From: Candidatus Bathyarchaeia archaeon | GTDB lineage: Archaea; Thermoproteota; Bathyarchaeia; Bathyarchaeales; Bathycorpusculaceae | Direction of reading: 5' to 3' | NCBI GenBank assembly: GCA_050010515.1 | Contig: JBEKKX010000003.1 | Location: 1-64,000 of the forward strand | Length of the DNA: 64,000 nucleotides | Shown: piece by piece, positions 49,428 through 59,368 of the stretch | Layout of the letters: each line of letters begins with the position of its first letter | Numbering within the stretch: the stretch's first letter is position 1 | Translations under genes and position numbers: made by a program | The notes under the pieces: generated by a model | What the model saw: the letters and a program-made list of their open reading frames with translations, nothing else | Told to the model about the DNA's origin: nothing | Databases searched by the model: none

Positions 49428-49613
49428 AGATGTGTTAGCCCCAGAAACGAAATATTTCTGAAAAATACATTTCAATTTTGCTAGAGAAATTCACTTGCTA
49501 AATTGATACCCTATCCCGTCTTTCTGGTGCCAAATGTGAGTGTCTGCTTTAGCATTAAAAGAAGAAAAAGGTGAAAGGGTTAACTATAAACATAAAGAAG
49601 TCACAGAAACAAT

Positions 49614-49739
49614 TCAGTAGGCTACCTTGAAGCTGGCACCACATTTGTCACAAGTGTAAACAGCTATGTAAAACAAGTCGTTTTCTATCTTCTTATCGGG
49701 TTTGGTGAGGTTTTTTCCACATTTTTGACAGCTAACCAT
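49614..49739 (-). CDS. Zn-ribbon micro-protein (41 aa)
   Basis: MVSCQKCG...YTCDKCG, with an AGGTG RBS. Confidence 0.7.
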   Translation of the reverse strand: MVSCQKCGKNLTKPDKKIENDLFYIAVYTCDKCGASFKVAY

Positions 49740-49938
49740 ATGGGTACACCTGCGAGGTTTTTTATTTAGCGAAAGCACTATAAGAAAACTTGTTGTCTCA
49801 CTCAAGCTACAACAACCGCATCCCCGCTATATTATTAAGCAAAGGGCAACTCGCTTGAACTCGAAACGCTTTCTTGCTTCGAAGTTCAATTAGTTTAATA
49901 TATTCTATTCTTACATGTGATTTCTTGTATGGGTAGCA

Positions 49939-52344
49939 ATGAGGAAACACAAGTGGATGCTAATCATTCTCATTTCCCTTATTCTAATTCAAACATCATA
50001 CAGCATGTCGGTAGCCTCATGCAGCAACGCTATTTCCAGCACCGACAACTGGACGATGTTCCGTAATGACCCAGGCCACAGCGGCACCACAACTGGTAAC
50101 AGTCCAACGAATTCCGCCAAACTCTTGTGGAATTTCACAACAATGCAAGGTGTTGTATCTTCCCCCGCAGTAGCTAACGGCTACGTTTTCGTAGGTTCCA
50201 ATGAAGGGGCTGTTTACTGTCTCAACTCCTCCAACGGCGAACTAGTATGGTACTACCCAACTGGAAGTGCAGTGGCGTCGTCGCCTGCCATCGATAACGG
50301 GCGTGTCTACATAGGCTCCTACGATGGCAACGTTTATGCTTTGAACGCTACAAGCGGCGCAAAACTCTGGAATTCCACTATCGGCAGCAGTGTTGAGGCG
50401 TCTCCTGGCAGTGTTTATTCGTCTCCTGCTGTTGTCGGTGGCGTAGTCTACGTAGGCTCCTACGATGGCAACGTTTATGCTTTGAACGCTACAAGCGGCG
50501 CAAAACTCTGGAATTCCACTATCGGCAGCAGTGTTGAGTCGTCTCCTGCTGTCTCAGATGGCGTAGTCTACATTGCCTCTAACTTTTTTGTTTACGCTCT
50601 TAATGCGTCTACAGGTAACGAAATATGGAACCACCACACCGGAAGCACTATCTCTTCTCCTGCCGTGTACAATGGCTATGTCTACATAGGCTCATACGAT
50701 GGTTACGTTTGTGGTTTGAATGCTTCCACAGGCACCCAGATTTGGAAATATCAAACCCAAGATTCAGTGGATTCTTCCCCAGCTGTCGCCTATGGATGCG
50801 TTTACGTAGGCTCTGAGGACAACAACGTTTATTGTCTAAACGCTTCAACCGGCAGTAAAATATGGCAGAGCCCAACTGGATATTGGGTCTGGTCTTCACC
50901 TGCAGTTGCAGGCGGCAACGTGTATGTGGGCTCTGAAGACTACAGCATTTATTGTCTTAATGCTTCTACAGGAGCAAAGGAATGGAGTTACGAGACTGGA
51001 AATTTTGTGGATTCTTCACCAGCCATTATAAACAATACCCTATACGTGGGTTCTGATGATAATCATATCTACGCTTTTGCCTTATTCAATTCGACTGTTG
51101 AAACCGTACCTTTGCAATCTACCAGCTCTTTAGCGTGGACTACGATTGCGTTTGATGTGATTGCAGGTGCCGTAATGGCCGTGATTGTTTTTGCAGTCGT
51201 ACTCTTTGTTCGCTCGACCAGGCGGGCTAAGCGAAACGCTGAAGCCGCAAATATTTCTGGTCGAAATGTGTCTTGGTTTTCAGCACACACCGACGCCCTT
51301 TGTGTTTTGGCAATTCTGGCTTTTTCAACAATATTCTTCATTAATATAGGAAATGGACATCTGTCAGCTGCCGATGAGCAAACATACTCTCAATGGGCAT
51401 TCCACATGGTTAAAACTGGAGACTACCTGACCCCTTGGGCTTTTGGCGGTATTTTTTTTGCAGGTAAGCCGCCTCTTAGCATTTGGCTGATGTCTCTTGC
51501 TTACCAGGTCTTTGGCGTTAACAACTTCGCGTCAAGGTTTTTTAGTGCTGTATTCGGCACCTTGTCCCTAGTTCTTATCTTCTATTTAGGAAAGAAACTT
51601 TATAACGGCTATGTAGGATTTCTGTCGGCGCTAGTTTTAGGCACACTTACAACCTTCTATGAGTTTGCAAGACTCGCCATGACAGACGTTCCCTTAGTCT
51701 TCTTCGTTCTGGGCAGCATATACTTTTTTGTTTTGAGCGAAAAAAGCGAAAAAACAACCCGATATGCAGCTTTAAGCGGCCTATTTTTTGGTTTGGCATT
51801 AATGACAAAACAGATTGAAGCCTTGCTAATTCTCCTAATCATCTTCGCTTATCTCATCGCAACACGGAAAAGCATCAGGTTTCTATTCACAAAACACTTT
51901 ACCCTTTTTTGGGGAATCGGCCTTCTCGTCTTTTCTCCCTGGCTAATCTACATGAACGCTCGTTTTGGATCACAATTTTGGTATTGGTATTTTGTTTATG
52001 ACGACATTACGCGGACAGTTGGTACTGTTGAGAGCCATGTCGGAAGTTACCTCTACTATTTCAGCTACTTAGCTAATAATGAGAACTTGCTTTGGGTAAT
52101 ACTGCTTCCTTTTTCGGCAGGGCTTTGCGCATTCAATGCGGTTATCAAGCGCTTAAAAGGAGACACCATGATTCTCTTGTGGATGACAATTGTGCTCTTA
52201 GTATTCACTTTAGCTCAAACAAAACTTTTCTGGTATATTCTGCCGGCTTTTCCAGCTTTCGCCATAGCCATAAGCAGCTTTCTATATCAACTATCAAAGA
52301 AAATATTTCAACTATCAAAAAAAATAAAACTTTCCGCACGCTAA
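49939..52344 (+). CDS. PQQ-like beta-propeller fused to ArnT/GT83 (PMT_2)-type glycosyltransferase, paralog 1
   Basis: Signal peptide, W.MFR.D..H.G, 8-9 SSPAV..G.VY.GS.D..VY.LNA.TG..W repeats, TM, then DE..Y, GKPPL..W, RLAMTD, LMTK. Confidence 0.9.
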   Translation: MRKHKWMLIILISLILIQTSYSMSVASCSNAISSTDNWTMFRNDPGHSGTTTGNSPTNSAKLLWNFTTMQGVVSSPAVANGYVFVGSNEGAVYCLNSSNGELVWYYPTGSAVASSPAIDNGRVYIGSYDGNVYALNATSGAKLWNSTIGSSVEASPGSVYSSPAVVGGVVYVGSYDGNVYALNATSGAKLWNSTIGSSVESSPAVSDGVVYIASNFFVYALNASTGNEIWNHHTGSTISSPAVYNGYVYIGSYDGYVCGLNASTGTQIWKYQTQDSVDSSPAVAYGCVYVGSEDNNVYCLNASTGSKIWQSPTGYWVWSSPAVAGGNVYVGSEDYSIYCLNASTGAKEWSYETGNFVDSSPAIINNTLYVGSDDNHIYAFALFNSTVETVPLQSTSSLAWTTIAFDVIAGAVMAVIVFAVVLFVRSTRRAKRNAEAANISGRNVSWFSAHTDALCVLAILAFSTIFFINIGNGHLSAADEQTYSQWAFHMVKTGDYLTPWAFGGIFFAGKPPLSIWLMSLAYQVFGVNNFASRFFSAVFGTLSLVLIFYLGKKLYNGYVGFLSALVLGTLTTFYEFARLAMTDVPLVFFVLGSIYFFVLSEKSEKTTRYAALSGLFFGLALMTKQIEALLILLIIFAYLIATRKSIRFLFTKHFTLFWGIGLLVFSPWLIYMNARFGSQFWYWYFVYDDITRTVGTVESHVGSYLYYFSYLANNENLLWVILLPFSAGLCAFNAVIKRLKGDTMILLWMTIVLLVFTLAQTKLFWYILPAFPAFAIAISSFLYQLSKKIFQLSKKIKLSAR

Positions 52345-52564
52345 CTTCATCTAAATCCCACAAAGGCGTTTGACAAGCTGAAAGCTCTTGAAACAGCGGT
52401 AGCATAAACAGCATGGTTAGTCAAGTATTTTTCTGCACTAAAATATCCCCGCAGAAAAAACATGTTCGGTAGGCGGCTGGTCCGCTGGGACCCAAACAAA
52501 TCCCGCTTGAAGTTCAATTAGTTTAATATTCTAATTTTACATGTGGTCGATTGTAAGGATGGCA

Positions 52565-54955
52565 ATGCGAAAACTCAACTGGCTACTGATCAGTCTCATT
52601 TGTCTTATTCTAGTTCAACCAATTTGCATGTCGGTAGCTTCAGGTAGCAACTCCAGTTCCAGCACCAACGACTGGACAATGTTCCGTCAAGATCCAAGTC
52701 ACATTGGCTCAGTAACTGGAAACAGCTCAATCAATTCCGCTAAACTCTTGTGGAATTACACAACAGGCAGAATGGTACAGTCTTCCCCTGCAGTAGCGGA
52801 AGGCTATGTTTTCGTAGGCTCTAGGGATAGCCAAGTTTACTGTCTCAACGCCTCCAATGGTGAACCAGTCTGGAAATACCCAACTGGAAGTGAAGTGTGG
52901 TCGTCACCTGCCATCTATAATGGGCGTGTCTACGTAGGCGCAGACGACGGCTACGTTTACTGTCTAAACATTACCACTGGAATGCCTCTTTGGAAATCAT
53001 TCATCGGGGGTCCAGTGCGGTCTTCGCCTACAGTTGTGGATGGCTACGTCTATATAGGTTCAGGAGAGCAAAATGTTTACGATCTTAACGCTACAGACGG
53101 AACCACAATATGGATTTTCCCAACTTTATACCCAGTGGATTCATCGCCAGCCGTTTCAAATGGCGTAGTATACGTTGCCAATAGCGACGATTTCATTTAC
53201 GCTATTAATGCTTCTACAGGCAGCCAGATATGGAGCCACCAAATTAGAAGCTCTAGTTCTTCTCCTGCCGTGTACAATGGGTATGTCTACATAGGCTCAT
53301 ACGATGGTTACGTTTATGGTTTGAATGCTTCCACTGGCGCCCAGATTTGGAAGTACCAAACGGCAGACGAAGTGTACTCTTCCCCAGCTGTCGCTTACGG
53401 ATGCGTTTACGTAGGCTCCGAGGACAATAACGTTTATTGTTTAAACGCTTCAACCGGCAGTAAAATATGGCAGAGCCCGACCGGGTATTGGGTCACATCT
53501 TCACCAGCAGTTGCAGACGGCAACGTATACGTCGACTCCGAAGACTACAACATCTACTGCCTCAATGCCACTACAGGAGCCAAGGAATGGAGTTACCAAA
53601 CCGGAAATTTTGTAGAATCCTCTCCAGCAATTGCGAACGACACCCTCTACGTTGGTTCAGACGATTGCAAGGTCTACGCTTTAGCCTTAAACAATTCAAC
53701 TGCTCAAACCCAACTTTCACAATCTACCAATTCTTTACCATGGACTACCATTGCGTTTGACACCATTGCGTGCGCGATAGGAGCAGTGATTATTTTTGCA
53801 TTAGCACGAACCTTTTACTCCAGTAGACGGCAGAAGCGAAATGCTGAATCAAGCGATATTCCGAACCAAAAATACTCATGGTTCAAAGCGCACTCTGACA
53901 CGGTTTTTATTTTGGCAATTCTGGCCTTTTCGATGATATTCTTCGCTAATCTTGGAAGCGGGGTTCTTCAGGCAGCCGACGAGCAAACGTACTCTCAATG
54001 GGCATACCACATGTTTAAAACTGGAGACTACCTGACCCCTTGGGCTGACGGCGCCGTGTCTTTCGTGATAGGCAAGCCGCCGCTTTTGATGTGGCTGATG
54101 TCTCTTGCCTACCAGGTCTTCGGCGTTAACAACTTTGCATCACGGATTTGGACCGCTGGATTCGGCGCTTTATCGTTAGTTCTTGTCTTCTATTTGGGAA
54201 AGAAACTTTACAATCGGTATGTTGGGTTCATGTCGGCGCTTGTTTTAGGCACATTCATAACTTATTACGTGTTTGCAAGATACGCCATGACTGACGTCCC
54301 GCTGGTTTGCTTCATTTTGGGAATCATATACTTTTTTGTTTTAAGCGAGGAAAAAGAAAATGCTAATCGATATGCAGTTTTAAGCGGCCTGTTTTTTGGC
54401 TTGGCGTTAATGACCAAGCAGATCGCTGCCCTGTTAATTCCGCTAATCATCTTTGCATATTTAATCACGACAAAGAAAAGCCTGCGGTTTCTCTTCACAA
54501 AACACTTTACCCTTTTCTGGGGAGCTGGGCTTCTGCTGTTTTCGCCCTGGTTGATCTACATGGCTGCCCGTTTCGGGTCACAGTTTTGGCAGTGGTACTT
54601 CGTTTATGCTGACCTTACACGCTCAGCCAGCCCCGTTGAGGGCCACTTAGCGGGTTACCTTTTCTACTTTAACTACATAGCTAATCACGAAAACTGGCTT
54701 TGGGTAGTATTGTTGCCTTTCGCGGCTGGGCTTTGCGGGTTCAACACGGTTGTTAAGCGCTTAAAGGGAGACACGTTAATTTTCTTATGGATGGCGATCG
54801 TGCTGTTAGTATTCACTTTGGCGCAAACAAAAATTTACTGGTACATCCTGCCAGCTTTCCCAGCTTTCGCCATCGCCATAAGCAGCCTTCTGTACGAAGT
54901 ATCAAAGAAAATACTACGTCACAAGCTAACTTCAGCTAAACTCACTGGCGGTTGA
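52565..54955 (+). CDS. PQQ-like beta-propeller fused to ArnT/GT83-type glycosyltransferase, paralog 2
   Basis: Same architecture, with long identical peptide stretches shared with paralog 1. Confidence 0.9.
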   Translation: MRKLNWLLISLICLILVQPICMSVASGSNSSSSTNDWTMFRQDPSHIGSVTGNSSINSAKLLWNYTTGRMVQSSPAVAEGYVFVGSRDSQVYCLNASNGEPVWKYPTGSEVWSSPAIYNGRVYVGADDGYVYCLNITTGMPLWKSFIGGPVRSSPTVVDGYVYIGSGEQNVYDLNATDGTTIWIFPTLYPVDSSPAVSNGVVYVANSDDFIYAINASTGSQIWSHQIRSSSSSPAVYNGYVYIGSYDGYVYGLNASTGAQIWKYQTADEVYSSPAVAYGCVYVGSEDNNVYCLNASTGSKIWQSPTGYWVTSSPAVADGNVYVDSEDYNIYCLNATTGAKEWSYQTGNFVESSPAIANDTLYVGSDDCKVYALALNNSTAQTQLSQSTNSLPWTTIAFDTIACAIGAVIIFALARTFYSSRRQKRNAESSDIPNQKYSWFKAHSDTVFILAILAFSMIFFANLGSGVLQAADEQTYSQWAYHMFKTGDYLTPWADGAVSFVIGKPPLLMWLMSLAYQVFGVNNFASRIWTAGFGALSLVLVFYLGKKLYNRYVGFMSALVLGTFITYYVFARYAMTDVPLVCFILGIIYFFVLSEEKENANRYAVLSGLFFGLALMTKQIAALLIPLIIFAYLITTKKSLRFLFTKHFTLFWGAGLLLFSPWLIYMAARFGSQFWQWYFVYADLTRSASPVEGHLAGYLFYFNYIANHENWLWVVLLPFAAGLCGFNTVVKRLKGDTLIFLWMAIVLLVFTLAQTKIYWYILPAFPAFAIAISSLLYEVSKKILRHKLTSAKLTGG

Positions 54956-55002
54956 AACACCATGGTTATGAGAAGCAACGATAACATAAGCGGTATGTAG
55001 GG

Positions 55003-55102
55003 TGGCGGGCCCGCTGGGATTTGAACCCAGGATTTTCGGCTAACCCCCGCTTTGAGAAGCGTCCGGAGGCCGACGCCTTAATCCGTACTAGACTACGGGC
55101 CC
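55003..55102 (-). tRNA. tRNA-Arg(CCG) with a 21-nt canonical 37/38 intron and encoded CCA
   Basis: GGGCCCG acceptor, TCGGC-CTCCGG^A-GCCGA anticodon arm, intron ACGCTTCTCAAAGCGGGGGTT forming a bulge-helix-bulge, CTGGG-TTCAAAT-CCCAG T arm. Confidence 0.95.
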
Positions 55103-55148
55103 ACAGTTTACAAACCAAACATGCCCAATTAATTTAAAGCTAACCTTG

Positions 55149-55649
55149 TTATTCTTGGATTAACTCTTCGTCTATCCACCAAGCCTTCTTCTTCCCAGAC
55201 CTTTCGCCCGCATAATACTCGATTACTGGTTTTCCAACTTGTTTTTTGGAGATTTTCTGGATTTTTCTAAGCCTGTTAAGTATGAGCCACCTGTTGGTTT
55301 TAACGTAAGCAGCCAACTCAGGCGTAGTTGCGCTCTTGTAATGAAGCAGATACTCCATTATTTTATGGTCCACCTCATCGATGCAGAAAGAGTGCGGATT
55401 AATATTTCCATGCTGAAACGTTAGCAGTTCCAAATCGGCAAGGTACTTTCTAATTTGCCCGAACTCCTGCTCTATTTTGCCCATTCTCTCTTCTAAGGCT
55501 AAAAGTTTGTCTGCTTTAGGCGTTTTCTGAAGTTTCTCACTTATGGCTTCCCTGATAAAGTTGCTTCGGTCACCCTCAGGAATACGCAGCGCCATTTCAA
55601 GGTAGACTTCTTCAGGTATTTTGACGGAAACTATTCTAACTTCGCTCAA
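55149..55649 (-). CDS. RHH + coiled-coil + wHTH transcriptional regulator
   Basis: IVSVKIPEE...RSNFIREAI, and ATTPELA...RL. Confidence 0.8.
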   Translation of the reverse strand: MSEVRIVSVKIPEEVYLEMALRIPEGDRSNFIREAISEKLQKTPKADKLLALEERMGKIEQEFGQIRKYLADLELLTFQHGNINPHSFCIDEVDHKIMEYLLHYKSATTPELAAYVKTNRWLILNRLRKIQKISKKQVGKPVIEYYAGERSGKKKAWWIDEELIQE

Positions 55650-56090
55650 TAGAGGCTCTCCTCAGCCACATAATATCGCCTTTGTGTATTTCATTTTTTC
55701 CATAACCTAACGCTCGAATTTGTGAAAAACTTAAATGCGCACAACTATTTTGTTCAGAGTTGGATGCGTGGAAGCCATTGGGGTCCACTTATGCCGGTTG
55801 GATTAAAAGCGTCTAAATGTACTGCTTTTGATAGTCCACCTCCGATTATTGCTTTAGAGTTCCAGCTTGCGAACGGTAAAATCTCAAGTGACCATGAATG
55901 CAAACCGCTTATCGCTGACTTATTTGATGATCCTGCGTTCTCTATGCTAGACATGAAGCAATAAACAACGGTACCATGTTAAGACGGATAGGTGAGTTTT
56001 GAACCAGCACGGTTAAGCGCTGAAGACATGGAGTATACTGCAATACAGCATGTTCTGTAGAAATGACAAAACGATTTATAAAAGCTAAAT

Positions 56091-56660
56091 TTACTCAGTG
56101 TAAACTGGTTGGTCTGCCAATTTAGCTAATGCTATATATCGTTGCTTAACGATTTCATGCAATTGCCTGCGCAGGTTCTCTCCAGCCACATTTCTTTGTT
56201 TTAATAATGCAGCCTTTTTTGCTAATTCTACGTCTCCGAGTCCGTTGAACCAGGCTTCAAAGTCTCCACGTTTTGTATGGAATTCTATTGATGTAATGTC
56301 TGCTTTTTCAACTTTATTGGCAAAATCACGAAGGTTGTGAGCGTGCAAGTTTAGTGGTTTTCCAATGTCAGCGTAGAAGCTGAATGCTTTATCATGTGGC
56401 GAATAAGCCAATATGGCAGTGGCTTTTTCTTTGTTGATTTCCAGTAAACCGAGGGCTTCTTTTCCTTTCTCAGTAATAACATATTGCCCTTTTTCAGGTG
56501 AGCTTACATATCCCATGCGAACTAGCCCTAAAAGATGCATCATGACGGGTGGAAACTCTTTTTTGGTTTCCTTTGCGATTTCGATGGCTTTCATGGGTCT
56601 TTCATATAGTAGCATGGTTTCTAGTATCTCTTGTTTGACGGGTGATAAACTCATTTGCAA
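56091..56660 (-). CDS. wHTH + DUF5752 domain protein
   Basis: YVITEKGKEAL, AFSFY..IG, SIEFH..RGDFEAW...LGD.ELA. Confidence 0.8.
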   Translation of the reverse strand: MQMSLSPVKQEILETMLLYERPMKAIEIAKETKKEFPPVMMHLLGLVRMGYVSSPEKGQYVITEKGKEALGLLEINKEKATAILAYSPHDKAFSFYADIGKPLNLHAHNLRDFANKVEKADITSIEFHTKRGDFEAWFNGLGDVELAKKAALLKQRNVAGENLRRQLHEIVKQRYIALAKLADQPVYTE

Positions 56661-56814
56661 GCACCTTGCCTGTTAGTGATATGCAGAACTGTCTAATCAA
56701 ACTTTTCCTTAACTCTTTTGAAAATTTTTTTGGTTTCAGGTTTGCTTACTGCAAATAAGCAAAGCTTTAGTATAGTGATTGCCAATGCTAATGGTACATT
56801 GGTGAATACTGAGG

Positions 56815-58065
56815 ATGAAAATTGCTGTTTTCGTTTACGAGTACCCGCCTAAAATAGTTGGTGGACTGGGTACCTATGCAGCGGAAATAACCAGAAAGTT
56901 TGTTTTGGACGATCACGACGTAACCGTTTTTACCATGAATGATGATGCAGGTTCTTTGCCTACTAGAGAAATTTGGCGTGGAATAGAAATTCATCGTCCA
57001 TTGCACATTGACATTTCAGACTCGCTTCCAGACGTGATAGCTGAAGACATTAAAAAATGGGGCAGAGGATTACATTTTTTCGGCAAACTAATGGTTTATA
57101 ATTATTTGTCAGCGGCTAAACTGATCAACGAGTTAATAAAGAAAGAAGGCATGAAATACGACATTGTTGTTGCGCATGATTGGCTTTCCGCTATGGGCGG
57201 GATCACAGTTAAAAGAGAAACTGGTTTGCCTTTAGCTTTCCATGTTCACTCAACTGAGAAAGGTCGAACCTTAGGAAATGGCTCAGACGTAGTTAGTAAC
57301 ATAGAATTGCGGGCGGGCAAAATGGCTGATATGGTTGTAACAGTATCGTACGCCATGAAAGATGAGCTTATACAGCTTGGTTTTCCAAGAGAAAAAATTC
57401 AAGTAAGCTACAACGGTGTTGACCCACAAAAATACAATCCTGAAAACGTTTCTTCCGAGGACATTAAGCGAATCCGAAGCAAATATGGCATAAAAGATAA
57501 TGAGCTAATGATTCTTTTCCTTGGCAGGCTTGTAGGCGTCAAAGGCGTTGATAAACTCATAATGGCGATTCCGCATATTCTAACCAAGATTCCTAATGCA
57601 AGACTTGTAGTTGTAGGTGTAGGCGACCTTCAAGAATACTTAACAAACCTTACTAGAACCATGCGGCTTGGCGAGTACGTTAAATTCTGCTTTGATTTCA
57701 TCCCAGAGGAAGAACGAATACTACATTATGCCGCATGCGACATAGCGGTTTTCCCCAGTCACTATGAACCATTTGGTATTGTAGCTCTTGAAGCGATGAG
57801 CATGGAGAAGCCAGTTGTAGTTGGCGCCGCTGGCGTCAGCGGAATGCGTGAAATCGTAATTTGCTGCGGTGAAGAACAATGCGGTTACCACGTAGATCCA
57901 AATAACCCGTCTGATATTGCATGGGGAGTAATCAGCGCTTTAGAAGACCCTGAAAGGCGGAAGGTGCTTGGCAAAAATGGCAGGAAGCGTGTTATAGCCG
58001 AGTTCACTTGGAGCAGAATCGCCGAAAAAACCATCGAACTTTACGAAACAATAGTGAAACGCTGA
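56815..58065 (+). CDS. GT4 glycosyltransferase (glycogen-synthase-like)
   Basis: EYPPKIVGGLG, HDW, HSTE.GR, KG, EPFGIVALEAM. Confidence 0.92.
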   Translation: MKIAVFVYEYPPKIVGGLGTYAAEITRKFVLDDHDVTVFTMNDDAGSLPTREIWRGIEIHRPLHIDISDSLPDVIAEDIKKWGRGLHFFGKLMVYNYLSAAKLINELIKKEGMKYDIVVAHDWLSAMGGITVKRETGLPLAFHVHSTEKGRTLGNGSDVVSNIELRAGKMADMVVTVSYAMKDELIQLGFPREKIQVSYNGVDPQKYNPENVSSEDIKRIRSKYGIKDNELMILFLGRLVGVKGVDKLIMAIPHILTKIPNARLVVVGVGDLQEYLTNLTRTMRLGEYVKFCFDFIPEEERILHYAACDIAVFPSHYEPFGIVALEAMSMEKPVVVGAAGVSGMREIVICCGEEQCGYHVDPNNPSDIAWGVISALEDPERRKVLGKNGRKRVIAEFTWSRIAEKTIELYETIVKR

Positions 58066-58085
58066 TAAAAACGCTAGGTGAATGA

Positions 58086-58700
58086 TTGATTGTTGACTTT
58101 GATTTAAAGTGCAGAGTCGCAAGAGAAGCCGCTACTTTACTTTATTTTGGCGCTGAAAAAGAATACAAACAAGCTAAAGAAAAAGCTGCAAAAACTTTGG
58201 GCGCTCACTTTTTGCCTTCTAACCTTGAAGTTGCTCTTGAACTGGACAAAATAGCTGAAGAAAACGAAGGCGCAAAAAGAAAAGAGCGTCTGATTCAAAT
58301 GCGAACGGAAGCCCTAAAGATAATGAAGCTTCTTGATGCTTATTGTCCTGTTTTAATCGGGAGCGTTTGGCGGGGAACGATAAGGCAGGGAAGCGACATT
58401 GACATTGCCGTTTATACGGATGAGCCAGAAGAAATCGTAAAAACCCTCAAAGCTGAGAGAGTTAAAATTTTAAAAACGGCTTGGACTACCGTAAACAAGC
58501 GTGGAATAACTTTAGCGTCATTCCATATATACGCTGAGACTTCAGCTAAACATGGATTCGAGATTGTTGCTCGAAGCTCTGAGGAAGCAGGGAAAAAGAG
58601 AAAATGCGAGGTTTTCGGTGATGAAATGAAGGGTTTAAAGGTTCAGGAACTTGAAAAAGTTTTAAAAACTAACTCAACCCAACAATTCCTACCATCATAA
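58086..58700 (+). CDS. Nucleotidyltransferase-domain protein
   Basis: LIGSVWRG....SDIDI. Confidence 0.8.
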   Translation: MIVDFDLKCRVAREAATLLYFGAEKEYKQAKEKAAKTLGAHFLPSNLEVALELDKIAEENEGAKRKERLIQMRTEALKIMKLLDAYCPVLIGSVWRGTIRQGSDIDIAVYTDEPEEIVKTLKAERVKILKTAWTTVNKRGITLASFHIYAETSAKHGFEIVARSSEEAGKKRKCEVFGDEMKGLKVQELEKVLKTNSTQQFLPS

Positions 58701-58779
58701 TTCCTGCTAAATCTTGTTTTCCATCAAAAAAGCACATAAAGAACATATTTGATATTTATTTTTAATTAACTGATGAAAA

Positions 58780-59160
58780 ATGGCAACGGATAAAAAATCG
58801 CTCAAGAAAATGTTTCCACACCTCTACAAGGAACTTGAAACAGGAGACGTCAAGGTACCAATTAACGCCGTACGAAAAAACCCGCAAGAAGTTGAAGAGG
58901 CTGAGGCTGAAGAAGAGGAATTTGAGCCTACGGTTTTGCCTGATAAGTTGCGCCATTTTAATCCTTGTGCCGTGGATTTTATCCGCCGATGTGACACAGA
59001 AGCGCAAGCGGAAGAAATAATTGCTTACCTGAAGAAGAAAGGAGAAATAACCAAAGAGTATGCTGAAGAACTGCGGTGTCAGCTTAAACGTGAAGGCGTA
59101 AGAAGCTTTGGTCCCAAAAAAGAAGATAACTATTACTTTAGAGAAGGCGGAATTTACTAA
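58780..59160 (+). CDS. DUF2095 family protein
   Basis: KMFPHLYKEL, P..VDFIRRC.T..QAEEII.YL...GEI, GVRSFG.KK...YY. Confidence 0.85.
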   Translation: MATDKKSLKKMFPHLYKELETGDVKVPINAVRKNPQEVEEAEAEEEEFEPTVLPDKLRHFNPCAVDFIRRCDTEAQAEEIIAYLKKKGEITKEYAEELRCQLKREGVRSFGPKKEDNYYFREGGIY

Positions 59161-59368
59161 ACGTTTAAGCTTGGAAACCAAAAGATCGTGGCCAATTCAA
59201 GCAATTGATGCTAAAGCTATGCAACATTAATTGCTTTAAGACAATAATGCTACAACTTTTTTCAAGCGCTAGACTTGCTGCTTGTTTATTGGTTTGCCTG
59301 TATTTTTGTCGGAAAATTAATTAAGTTAGAGTCTGTACAAGAACCTAACAAAAAATAGGTGATAGTTA

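Noticed and set aside
49939-54955. Diversity-generating retroelement TR/VR pair
   Set aside because: No reverse transcriptase is present, differences between the repeats are not adenine-specific, and both copies are full coding paralogs.
55722-55964. ORFs 55722..55964 (+) and 55754..55954 (-)
   Set aside because: No recognisable motif or RBS. Possibly a gene remnant, but I cannot assign it.
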